DNA of 32,000 nt from an uncultured Chloroflexia bacterium (lineage in GTDB: Bacteria; Chloroflexota; Ktedonobacteria; Ktedonobacterales; JADMIN01), in NCBI GenBank assembly GCA_963718915.1, contig CAVRAI010000013.1, forward strand, positions 90,001-122,000, in the 5' to 3' direction. Every line of letters starts with the position of its first letter. The stretch's first letter is position 1. The notes beneath the pieces were generated by a model, which saw nothing but the letters and a program-made list of their open reading frames with translations, was not told the DNA's origin and ran no database searches. Of the stretch, positions 24,278-32,000 are shown one piece after another. Position numbers and translations under genes: made by a program.

Positions 24278-26563
24278 ATGGGTAGCACGTCCGACAAGAT
24301 CACAGCCGAGTACGCGGATCCACTGGATCAAGGCAATCTGGATGCGCTGATTTCAGGACGTCATGGCGCTCCATTTGATGTGCTTGGCTCGCACATCATG
24401 ACGGTCGGGAAGAGCAGGTTGTGGGTCGTGCGTGTCTTCCGTCCTTTTGCGAATGCCGTCTCGATCATCCCTGAGGCAGTGGCTGTGGTCGAAGATGGAG
24501 ACATACCTCGCTGGCCTGAGTCGCTGCCGATGGCGCTGCGGCACGAGGCAGGGTTGTTCAGCCTGGTAAAGCCGCTTGCCGACCAAGAACAGCCTCCCGC
24601 GTATCGCCTCAACATCCATTTCACGAGCGGGATCACCCTGGAAACCAGCGATCCTTATTCGCTCCTGCCGGTCCTCTCTGAGTTTGACCTTTATCTGCTT
24701 GGCGAAGGCACGGATCTGAAGCTCTATGACAAACTGGGCGCGCATCCCTGGATCCATCAGGGAGTGGAGGGTGTTCTCTTCGCGGTCTGGGCGCCATCGG
24801 CGCGTAGGGTGAGTGTTGTTGGGAACTTCAATGGCTGGGATGATCGGGTCTCGCCCATGCGCATGCGTCCGAATGGAGTGTGGGAGCTGTTCTGGCCGGG
24901 TTTACCGGTTGGTGAATATTATAAGTACGCAATACTCTCCTGGGTGAAGGACTATCGAGTACTCAAGACCGATCCGGTCGGGTTCTCTTGCGAGGAGCGG
25001 CCTGGCACAGCGTCGATTGTTGTTGATCTTGAATCCTATAGCTGGGAGGACGAGTCGTGGAACGAGCAGCGCGCCCGCCGCAATGGGCTGGACCAGCCGA
25101 TTGTCGTCTATGAGGTACACCCAGGCTCATGGCGTGCGCCATCGGACGGCGGGCGAGTGACGTACCGGGATCTTGCGCATCAGCTCGTGCCGTATGTGCG
25201 GGACATGGGCTATACCCATATCGAACTGATGGGAATCGCCGAATATCCATATGACGGCTCTTGGGGCTATCAAGTGACAGGCTACTATGCCCCGACCAGC
25301 CGCTACGGATCGCCGCAGGATTTCATGTATTTCGTGGATTACTGTCACCAACACAATATCGGTGTACTGCTCGACTGGGTGCCCGCTCACTTTCCGCGCG
25401 ACGAGCATGGCTTGAGCTTCTTCGATGGCACGCATCTCTACGAGCATGCGGATCCACGCCAGGGCGCTCATCCCGACTGGGGAACGCTGGTCTTCAACTA
25501 TGGGCGGAACGAAGTGCGCAATTTCTTCGTAGCCAACGCGCTCTACTGGTGCGACAAGTATCACGTGGACGGTTTGCGAGTGGATGCTGTAGCCTCGATG
25601 CTCTATCTCGATTATTCGCGTAGAGCGGGCGAATGGGTCGCTAATCGTTATGGTGGCCGTGAGAACCTTGAAGCGATAGAGTTCCTGCGCGCATGTAATG
25701 CGACAGTCACGAAGCAGTATCCCAGTGTGCTGATGATTGCCGAAGAATCCACTGCATGGTCTGGCGTGACCCATCCGGTCACTCAGGGTGGTCTGGGCTT
25801 CTCGCTGAAGTGGAACATGGGCTGGATGCATGATACTCTGGAGTATATGCAACTCGAGCCGGTTCATCGTCGGTACCACCATGGCGAACTCACTTTTTCG
25901 ATGGTCTACTCCTATTCAGAAAAGTTCATCCTGCCGTTCTCGCATGATGAGGTCGTGCACGTCAAAGGTTCCATGTTGAATAAGATGGCAGGCGACGTCT
26001 GGCAGAAATTCGCAAATCTGCGCGGGCTCTATGCCTACATGTATGGACATCCAGGCAAGAAGCTGCTGTTCATGGGCGGCGAATTCGGCCAATGGGCAGA
26101 GTGGAATTTCGCAGGATATCTCGATTGGTATCTGCTTGACGAACACTCACAGGATGGAGCGCTTCACCTTCAACTGCAGCGGTTGGTACGGGACTTGAAC
26201 GGATTGTTACGCGCACATCCGTGTCTGTATGAGCGCGATTTCTCACCCGAAGGCTTCCGCTGGATCGACTTTGCCGATGCCAGCAGCAGTGTCATTTCGT
26301 TTTTGCGAACAGGTGCGGATGGGCGAGAGCCACTACTCTTCGTTTGCAATTTTACGCCAGTGGTGCGCTATAACTACCGGATCGGCGTTCCCGCGGCAGC
26401 AAGCTATGATGTGGCGCTCAACACTGACGACGAGCGATACGGAGGTAGTGGCGCCGGGAACGCAAGCGCTCCCAGCGAGGATGTGCCAATGCACGGCTAC
26501 GCGCAATCTATCGCGCTGACTCTGCCGCCACTGGCGACGATGGTATTGCTGCCGAATCGCTAA
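24278..26563 (+). CDS. glgB: 1,4-alpha-glucan branching enzyme
   Basis: LISGRHGAPFDVLGSH, YEVHPGSW, DGLRVDAVASMLYLDY, MIAEESTAW and FILPFSHDEVVH are all present. Confidence 0.95.
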   Translation: MGSTSDKITAEYADPLDQGNLDALISGRHGAPFDVLGSHIMTVGKSRLWVVRVFRPFANAVSIIPEAVAVVEDGDIPRWPESLPMALRHEAGLFSLVKPLADQEQPPAYRLNIHFTSGITLETSDPYSLLPVLSEFDLYLLGEGTDLKLYDKLGAHPWIHQGVEGVLFAVWAPSARRVSVVGNFNGWDDRVSPMRMRPNGVWELFWPGLPVGEYYKYAILSWVKDYRVLKTDPVGFSCEERPGTASIVVDLESYSWEDESWNEQRARRNGLDQPIVVYEVHPGSWRAPSDGGRVTYRDLAHQLVPYVRDMGYTHIELMGIAEYPYDGSWGYQVTGYYAPTSRYGSPQDFMYFVDYCHQHNIGVLLDWVPAHFPRDEHGLSFFDGTHLYEHADPRQGAHPDWGTLVFNYGRNEVRNFFVANALYWCDKYHVDGLRVDAVASMLYLDYSRRAGEWVANRYGGRENLEAIEFLRACNATVTKQYPSVLMIAEESTAWSGVTHPVTQGGLGFSLKWNMGWMHDTLEYMQLEPVHRRYHHGELTFSMVYSYSEKFILPFSHDEVVHVKGSMLNKMAGDVWQKFANLRGLYAYMYGHPGKKLLFMGGEFGQWAEWNFAGYLDWYLLDEHSQDGALHLQLQRLVRDLNGLLRAHPCLYERDFSPEGFRWIDFADASSSVISFLRTGADGREPLLFVCNFTPVVRYNYRIGVPAAASYDVALNTDDERYGGSGAGNASAPSEDVPMHGYAQSIALTLPPLATMVLLPNR

Positions 26564-26578
26564 TCGACCCTAGTAGTA

Positions 26579-26599
26579 TTCCTATAGTCATAGACTATA
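26579..26599. promoter_or_regulatory. Palindromic operator-like motif TTCCTATAGTCATAGACTATA (partner at 21396-21416)
   Basis: Near-perfect inverted repeat CTATAGTC-ATA-GACTATA, ending 50 nt before the ATG at 26650. Confidence 0.35.
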
Positions 26600-26649
26600 A
26601 AAATATAAGTGAGACCCGAGATAAACTAGGACGAAAAAGGAGGCTCGGT

Positions 26650-28491
26650 ATGACAGCAATCGATCGACAGCAGACAATGCCGCAGGTCAATCAAGCCGAC
26701 GTGGAGCCTTCGCTGATGATAGGGGCTATGCCTGACACGCGCGACGTGAATTTTTATGATGCCTCGCCGTACCTTCGCTTTCTGTTGCGCAAACAGCTGG
26801 ATTCACAAGAGTTGGCAGTCGCTGAGCCATTACTGCACGGCCTGGGAAGGCGCGTGGGCAATGAACTTGAAGACCTGGCTGCCGAGGCTGACCGTGAGTC
26901 TCCACCACTGGTGGTACGTGACAAGCGCGGTGCGGCTGTCAACGATGTGGCGCCCTCTCGGGCCTATCGTGAGTTGGAGCGTATTCTCTACGGCGAGTAC
27001 GGTATGGCGGCGATGGCGATGCGTCCAGGCGTCGTTGAGGCTGACCGCGCCAGCTCGCTCGTGCTCAACGATGCCTTCATCTTTCTGGCGGGTCAGGCAG
27101 AGTCAGGACTTTTCTGCCCGCTCGGCATGACGCGGGCGATGGCGCGCACGCTACAGATGTTTGCTTCGGAGGCGATCCTACAAGATTACCTGCCCGGTCT
27201 TCTCTCGACCGACATGGCGGTGCTCCAGACCGGAGCGATGTTCATGACTGAGAAGCAGGCAGGATCTGACCTGGGGATGGTAGCGACGACTGCCAGATCG
27301 TCCCTTGACGATCCTGACTGGTGGGAGTTGCATGGCGAAAAGTGGTTTTGCAGCAACGTCGGCGCAGACCTGATTCTGGCCCTGGCTCGGCCCGAGGGCG
27401 CGCGTTCTGGCACGCGCGGACTTGGCCTATTCCTTGTGCCGAAGCATTTGTCCGATGGCGCGCGCAATTACTATCGCATTGAGCGTGTCAAGGAAAAGCT
27501 GGGCATGCGGTCATTTGCCAGCGGGGAAGTGACATTCACAGGAGCGCGAGCTTTGATGATTGGTGGGCCGGGTCAGGGCTGGCTACAAATGACCGAGATG
27601 CTCAATATCACGCGCCTCGGATGCGCGCTGGCTGCCTCGGCCCTGGCGCAACGCTCGCTCGTGGAAGCGCTCACTCATGCGCGAGGGCGCATCGCGTTTG
27701 GAAGCCCACTTGCTGATCTTCCGTTGATGCGCGAGCAACTGCTCGATCTGGCGATGGATACTGAGGCGCTTACCGCGCTGACCTTCGAGGGGTCAGCCCA
27801 ACTTGGCCGCGCCGATGCAGGTGATGAGGAGGCTCGAGTTCTGGCTCGTGTGCTGATGCCATTAGCAAAGTATCATGCGTCGGATGATGCCCGGCGGCTG
27901 GTCGCACAGGGTATGGAGGTCCGTGGCGGCAATAGCTACATCGAGGACTGGCCGAACGCGCGGATTATGCGTGACGTGCAGGTACAGTCGATCTGGGAGG
28001 GCACCGGCAATATTTCGGCCCTCGATGTAGGGCGTGCGCTGTTACGCGAGAATGCTGGCGCCGCGCTTCTGGCAAACCTCACTCAGCGTCTGGCAGCACA
28101 GCACGATCCCACCGTGGCGCGGGCTAGTATTGTTGCCCAGCGGGCGCTTGATCGTATGGCAGTGATCATCACCAAATGGGCTGCTCTAGAGCCAGCACAG
28201 CGCGATGTTCGTATGCGCCGTCTAACACACCAACTTGCCTATGTCGTGACGGCGGCGCTGTTGGTTGAGGACGCTGGCATTCAAGCGTCCGAGGTAGGAA
28301 GCTATCGCTGTCTGGTCATGGCAGCGCGCTATCTGCGGCGTTACATCTATCCTCCGCGCGATGGGCTGGCAATAGCGGAAAATTATACCCCGCTCGAAGC
28401 GTTCGACGCGCTGATCGACTGGACACCTGAGGTGTCTGCCGCAGTCGCGGAGCCATTGCTGGCGTCACTCGAAAATGAAATGCATAGCTGA
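26650..28491 (+). CDS. Acyl-CoA dehydrogenase family protein (AidB-like)
   Basis: 613 aa. MTEKQAGSDLG, KWFCSNV and IWEGTGNI motifs are present, along with the long N- and C-terminal extensions typical of the AidB-like subgroup. AAGGAGG RBS. Confidence 0.85.
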   Translation: MTAIDRQQTMPQVNQADVEPSLMIGAMPDTRDVNFYDASPYLRFLLRKQLDSQELAVAEPLLHGLGRRVGNELEDLAAEADRESPPLVVRDKRGAAVNDVAPSRAYRELERILYGEYGMAAMAMRPGVVEADRASSLVLNDAFIFLAGQAESGLFCPLGMTRAMARTLQMFASEAILQDYLPGLLSTDMAVLQTGAMFMTEKQAGSDLGMVATTARSSLDDPDWWELHGEKWFCSNVGADLILALARPEGARSGTRGLGLFLVPKHLSDGARNYYRIERVKEKLGMRSFASGEVTFTGARALMIGGPGQGWLQMTEMLNITRLGCALAASALAQRSLVEALTHARGRIAFGSPLADLPLMREQLLDLAMDTEALTALTFEGSAQLGRADAGDEEARVLARVLMPLAKYHASDDARRLVAQGMEVRGGNSYIEDWPNARIMRDVQVQSIWEGTGNISALDVGRALLRENAGAALLANLTQRLAAQHDPTVARASIVAQRALDRMAVIITKWAALEPAQRDVRMRRLTHQLAYVVTAALLVEDAGIQASEVGSYRCLVMAARYLRRYIYPPRDGLAIAENYTPLEAFDALIDWTPEVSAAVAEPLLASLENEMHS

Positions 28492-28515
28492 CGTGAGAAT
28501 AGAGGCGCATCGCAT

Positions 28516-29352
28516 TTAGCCTGCGCTCGTTTCAGCCAATGCATTCAAGCGCCCAGTAACAAGATAGCGTGTCTGACTACGCAGAATTACATCGCCGCTG
28601 GCCGCGTCTAATAGCGTCTGCCCAGCGCGTAGCCGTCGCGAGCCATCGGGATGAATCGATGTCAAGACGCGCACTTGGTCGCCCGGACGCACCTGGCGTA
28701 AATACTCCAGGGTGAGGTAACGCGGGCGCATCGCAGCGGTCGGCTGCTCGGCGGCGCGCAGAGTTGCGTGGAACCCCTCGTAGAGCCAGTCGCCATAGAC
28801 ACAGTTGTTGATATGCTGGTGGACATCGGCCTCGTACTCCCTGGCCACAATAGTCTGTTCATCGTCCCAGAGCACGCGCTCTGATGGGCTGGTCCGCAAC
28901 GCTGGGAGAGGTGTAGCGTGTTGGGCCGAGCTAAACAGTGCGACCATACTGTCTGGCACGCGCAGCGGCTGACCCGTATGCCGCTGAACATATGCCCAGC
29001 GGGCACGCGCGCGCGCTATCATTCGTCCGCTGGCAGGATGCCACATGGCGTACTCGCGAAACGCCTGCACGCGCCGGAACTCCGCGACCCACGTCGCCAT
29101 TACTATCTCGCAATCCATTGGCGGGAGCCATCCTAGCAGGAGGGTCATTTCTCGGACGAGCCAGGCGCTTCCCTGCTCCTCGTACCACCTATTGGTGTAG
29201 CCGTGGAAACCAGACGCACGTGTGGCGAGATATTCGAGATAACGCAGGATGGCCCCTGGTTGGGGATAGCCCGAGCGTGTAACCTCATAACTACGGATGG
29301 TGAGCGGCTCCATATAAGCATCAGGCGGGGCAAAATGATCAGGCGTATGCAC
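28516..29352 (-). CDS. Acyl-ACP thioesterase-like double-hotdog protein
   Basis: Two hotdog-like halves (IRSYEVTRSG...AWLVREMTL and ...YEADVHQHINNCVYGDWLYEG). GTG start with GGAG 8 nt upstream. Confidence 0.6.
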   Translation of the reverse strand: MHTPDHFAPPDAYMEPLTIRSYEVTRSGYPQPGAILRYLEYLATRASGFHGYTNRWYEEQGSAWLVREMTLLLGWLPPMDCEIVMATWVAEFRRVQAFREYAMWHPASGRMIARARARWAYVQRHTGQPLRVPDSMVALFSSAQHATPLPALRTSPSERVLWDDEQTIVAREYEADVHQHINNCVYGDWLYEGFHATLRAAEQPTAAMRPRYLTLEYLRQVRPGDQVRVLTSIHPDGSRRLRAGQTLLDAASGDVILRSQTRYLVTGRLNALAETSAG

Positions 29353-29398
29353 AAATAATCTCCATCAACTCCTGGTCGAGTGGCGCGTGGAATGCTGG

Positions 29399-29953
29399 CT
29401 ACCTCTTTGCAGGCGCGGCCTCGGTACTACCGCCCTGTTTGGCCTCCAGATAACGGGCCAAGATGAAGACGACATCAGATAGGCGGTTAAGATAACGGAC
29501 TGTTTCAGTATTGGCGATGACACCATCATGGAGCAATCGCACGGTCATGCGTTCCGCGCGACGAATAATGGTGCGCGCCAGATCAAGAGCCGCGCCGTCG
29601 AGCGAGTCACCAGGGATTACGAACTTATTAGGAATCTCGACCGCCGCTTTGAGCTGTTCTTCGGCCTCTTCGAGCCACTGCACATGCTCAGCGGTGATCG
29701 CCATCCCGATGGCAGCCTGATTCTCTGGCAAAGTGGCCAGTTCCGCCATCAGGACATAGAGATCGCGCTGCATATGCAAAATCACTTCACGCGCATTCTC
29801 GTCCTGTGTGGTTGCCCGCGCCAGGCCTAGCGCCGAGGTGGCCTCATCAACCGTACCGAAAGTGTCAGGTCGTGGGTCATATTTCGGCACGCGCTGGTTG
29901 CCCAGCAGGCCGGTATAGCCAGCATCACCTGTGCCTGTAGTTACTTTTGCCAT
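29399..29953 (-). CDS. ATP:cob(I)alamin adenosyltransferase, PduO type
   Basis: MAKVTTGTGDAGYTGLLGNQRVPKYDPRPDTFGTVDEATSALGLAR...NRLSDVVFILAR. The start is chosen at the ATG at 29953. Confidence 0.85.
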   Translation of the reverse strand: MAKVTTGTGDAGYTGLLGNQRVPKYDPRPDTFGTVDEATSALGLARATTQDENAREVILHMQRDLYVLMAELATLPENQAAIGMAITAEHVQWLEEAEEQLKAAVEIPNKFVIPGDSLDGAALDLARTIIRRAERMTVRLLHDGVIANTETVRYLNRLSDVVFILARYLEAKQGGSTEAAPAKR

Positions 29954-30128
29954 TGGGTATCCATCCTGTCTGCTGTAACTTGCCTCACGTAGTGAAGTAT
30001 AACGCATGGCCTGGCATGGTTTGATGTGGCATGACATGACTTAAGTGGGATTATTCACTGTGGCGTTGCTTAAGCAGCTAGCTTGCTCAAATGGTTTGCA
30101 TTCTAATGACCTGTTACGGCCTGTCGGT

Positions 30129-30156
30129 TTGACAATGTGACGCAAAGGCGTACAAT
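30129..30156 (+). promoter_or_regulatory. Near-consensus sigma70-type promoter TTGACA-N16-TACAAT
   Basis: Hexamers lie at 30129-30134 and 30151-30156, about 75 nt upstream of the receiver gene ATG. Confidence 0.45.
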
Positions 30157-30230
30157 GCGCCAGATGAGACCATTGTTGAACCCGGGTAGAGGAGCAAGGA
30201 CGCGACATCACTAGTATAGAGGGGGTAGGG

Positions 30231-30596
30231 ATGGCGGCGCCAATTCTGGCGGTCGATGACAGTGCTCCGATTCGCGAGATGATCGTGTCGGTGCTCACGC
30301 CACGTGGCTATCATGTTTTGACCGCACGTGATGGGCTCGAAGCGCTCGAGAAATTACGTCTGCTGGAGGAGCCACACATCATTCTGCTCGATGTCGTGAT
30401 GCCAGGCCTCGATGGGCCGACTGTTGTCCGTGAAATAGAGGGAGACGAAGCTCTGCGGAGCGCTGGGCATCGGGTGATCCTGATGTCATCGCAATTGCGA
30501 CTCGCGGCGCGCGATATTCCCGCGAGTGTTGGACTACTGCCCAAGCCGTTTACCCGCCAGCAACTCGTCGAGATTATTGCACAGTTTGGCGGCTAA
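30231..30596 (+). CDS. Single-domain response regulator (CheY-like receiver)
   Basis: ILAVDDS...LLDVVMPGLDG...LPKPF are present. There is no output domain and no adjacent kinase in the window. Confidence 0.85.
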   Translation: MAAPILAVDDSAPIREMIVSVLTPRGYHVLTARDGLEALEKLRLLEEPHIILLDVVMPGLDGPTVVREIEGDEALRSAGHRVILMSSQLRLAARDIPASVGLLPKPFTRQQLVEIIAQFGG

Positions 30597-31090
30597 TTGT
30601 CATCGCTTTCCTCGTCCGACTCCGATGATTCTGTGTCCGTATCGTCATTTTCGTGCCCGTCGTCAGATGGCGATGTTGCAAGGGTAGCCTGTGCCTGCCT
30701 GGCGCTATCACGCATATGCGCCGCATGCAAGACACCAATAACAATGATCTGCTGCGGCTCCGCCAATGCGAGAAATTCAGGGGTTGACTGCAACTCGGTC
30801 AGCACGTGAGTCCAGGATTCTTCGGTATCGAAAAGCGGATCGTCTGTCGATGCGTAACCAGCGGCGATAAATAGTTCGCTGACAGTATGCCCCATCCCTC
30901 GCGCGATCCGCACCAACACTTGCGCTGAAGGCGTTGCATCGCTATTCAACCAGATGGAAATTTGTTGCTTGCGTACACCCATCCGTTGGGCAAACTGATT
31001 GGGCAAGAGTGGTGGACGTTGGTCCCACATATACTCGACGAGAAGTCTTGCAAACGGACTATAGTCGTCAAGATGTCTCCATTTTGCCAT
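30593..31090 (-). CDS. XRE-family HTH regulator with strongly acidic C-terminal tail; paralogue of 8630..9376
   Basis: FARLLVEYMWDQRPPLLPNQFAQRMGVRKQQISIWLNSDATPSAQVLVRIARGM aligns with FAQLLVDYMWNKRPRNSPPLSYSQLAVRLGIPKQSISNWILRGSVPPLDTVMIVLAKL. The tail reads DDGHENDDTDTESSESDEESDDN. Confidence 0.7.
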   Translation of the reverse strand: MAKWRHLDDYSPFARLLVEYMWDQRPPLLPNQFAQRMGVRKQQISIWLNSDATPSAQVLVRIARGMGHTVSELFIAAGYASTDDPLFDTEESWTHVLTELQSTPEFLALAEPQQIIVIGVLHAAHMRDSARQAQATLATSPSDDGHENDDTDTESSESDEESDDN

Positions 31091-31790
31091 TACACACCCA
31101 TTCTCATACTAAAGGACAAGCAGCAGCACTCGACTATTATAGCAAGGAAGTGTCGGATACTGCAATATTTCGCCGACATTTTTCCAATTTGCAATATTTC
31201 AATTCTATCACATACAATTTATAAGTGATGGCTGTATTTAAATTTTTACGACCAATAACTATAATCAGTGACACATTTACCAATATACAGACCATTCATA
31301 TGTTATAGAAACTATATGCTGGAGATTGTTACTAGTGACGTTCAATAGGACATATGAAGAGCGGTGACAAGATTGTCTGCGGGTGAGGATCATGCACATA
31401 GTACAACTAACAGGCATTAGTTGAAGTTAAGTCCACCATGCTTTCACAGCATATTTGCAAGTGCCTTGACACTTACAGTGGTCTCTATCTTAAGACTATT
31501 TTTGCATTTATACGTATGTGTCTCTTAAATATGAGAAATATAGCTCATTATTTACTATTCATCTGTCTTGCATACTGATTCCAAATAACCAAACAAGTCG
31601 GCATTTGATAAGACCATATTTTAATATTGAAATAGCAATGTTAAATATTCGCAATTTGTTTATATGCAGACAAAAGTCAATAAATTATGAACATTAACTT
31701 TGATTTGGAGAAACATACATATATATACGGAAAGCCAAATACCTGTAATTATGTACTGGAATTTGACTTGTAATTGGGATGCGCTGCTGC
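31091..31790. other. Strongly AT-rich stretch with no convincing ORF
   Basis: Hand counts of individual 60-nt lines give about 23-43% G+C, against about 55-62% in coding lines. The track shows no ORF of 60 aa or more between 31229 and 31659 on either strand. Confidence 0.8.
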
Positions 31791-32000
31791 CTCTCGTCAT
31801 TGGGCGCAAAATGGAGGTGTAGTGAAAAGAGATCGTGCCAATCGTTCGAGGGCCAGAGCGACTGGCGTTGAACGCACCAGTGACCATGGTCGAGCTGCCG
31901 TGTGGCTGCGATAGCTCAAACCATGGTCTGTTATGCTATGGTTTGCCAACAATCCCTCCGGGTACGTACCCATCTTTTGGATTGCTGTCGAGGTTTACCA

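Noticed and set aside
26581-26599. The CTATAGTC-ATA-GACTATA hairpin as the glgB rho-independent terminator
   Set aside because: The stem is AT-rich and is followed by A's rather than a T-tract on the glgB strand. The near-identical copy upstream of the PLD-like gene favours a protein-binding site.
31047-31056. The GACTATAGTC palindrome inside the second XRE gene as a third copy of the 21396/26579 motif
   Set aside because: The half-sites are in the opposite arrangement with no spacer, and it lies inside coding sequence (DDYSP). It is most likely a coincidence.
31091-31790. The AT-rich stretch as a chromosomal replication origin
   Set aside because: I found no perfect DnaA box (TTATCCACA or TGTGGATAA) by eye, and no dnaA or dnaN neighbours in the window.
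31660-31887. 75-aa minus-strand ORF
   Set aside because: Most of it lies in AT-rich DNA and it encodes an implausible sequence (…FQYIITGIWLSVYICMFLQIKVNVHNLLTFVCI). There is no RBS, and it is probably a chance ORF.

Overview
This is 32 kb of a moderately GC-rich bacterial chromosome. My hand counts give about 55-62% G+C in coding lines. I cannot assign a taxon from the sequence alone.

Backbone (about 14.1-30.6 kb): ordinary housekeeping and metabolic genes. These are an OsmC-family protein, murI, a signal-peptide/TM surface protein with a Pro-rich tail, truB, two uncharacterised proteins, a histidine phosphatase, a two-HKD phospholipase-D-like protein, an MBL-fold hydrolase, glgB, an AidB-like acyl-CoA dehydrogenase, a double-hotdog thioesterase, a PduO-type cobalamin adenosyltransferase and an orphan CheY-like receiver.

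Accessory and decaying left part: a partial HTH (YafY/WYL-regulator-type) gene downstream of an OB-fold+HD nuclease-like gene, two alpha/beta-fold hydrolases, and three visibly damaged genes. The damaged genes are a 5'-truncated ferredoxin-reductase remnant, a +1 frameshifted DipZ-like redoxin and a GyrI-like gene with an in-frame TGA.

Most distinctive unit: a compact (about 5.5 kb) integrase/excisionase element abutting the 3' end of tRNA-Trp. It carries an XRE-type repressor, a divergent promoter region and five tightly coupled small ORFs (one DUF4326), but no structural or replication genes that I can recognise. It is unusually rich in short tandem arrays (12 bp x9, 12 bp x2, 10 bp x3.7, degenerate 12 bp x6) and reuses the same ATGA gene-junction sequence.

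Right edge: a second XRE paralogue faces a roughly 700-bp strongly AT-rich stretch with no 60-aa ORF over most of its length, followed by a hairpin-dense GC-normal segment that runs off the window.

I see no CRISPR array, rRNA or transposase. No candidate can be shown to be a new system from sequence alone. The tRNA-Trp element and the AT-rich/structured right edge are the best places to look.
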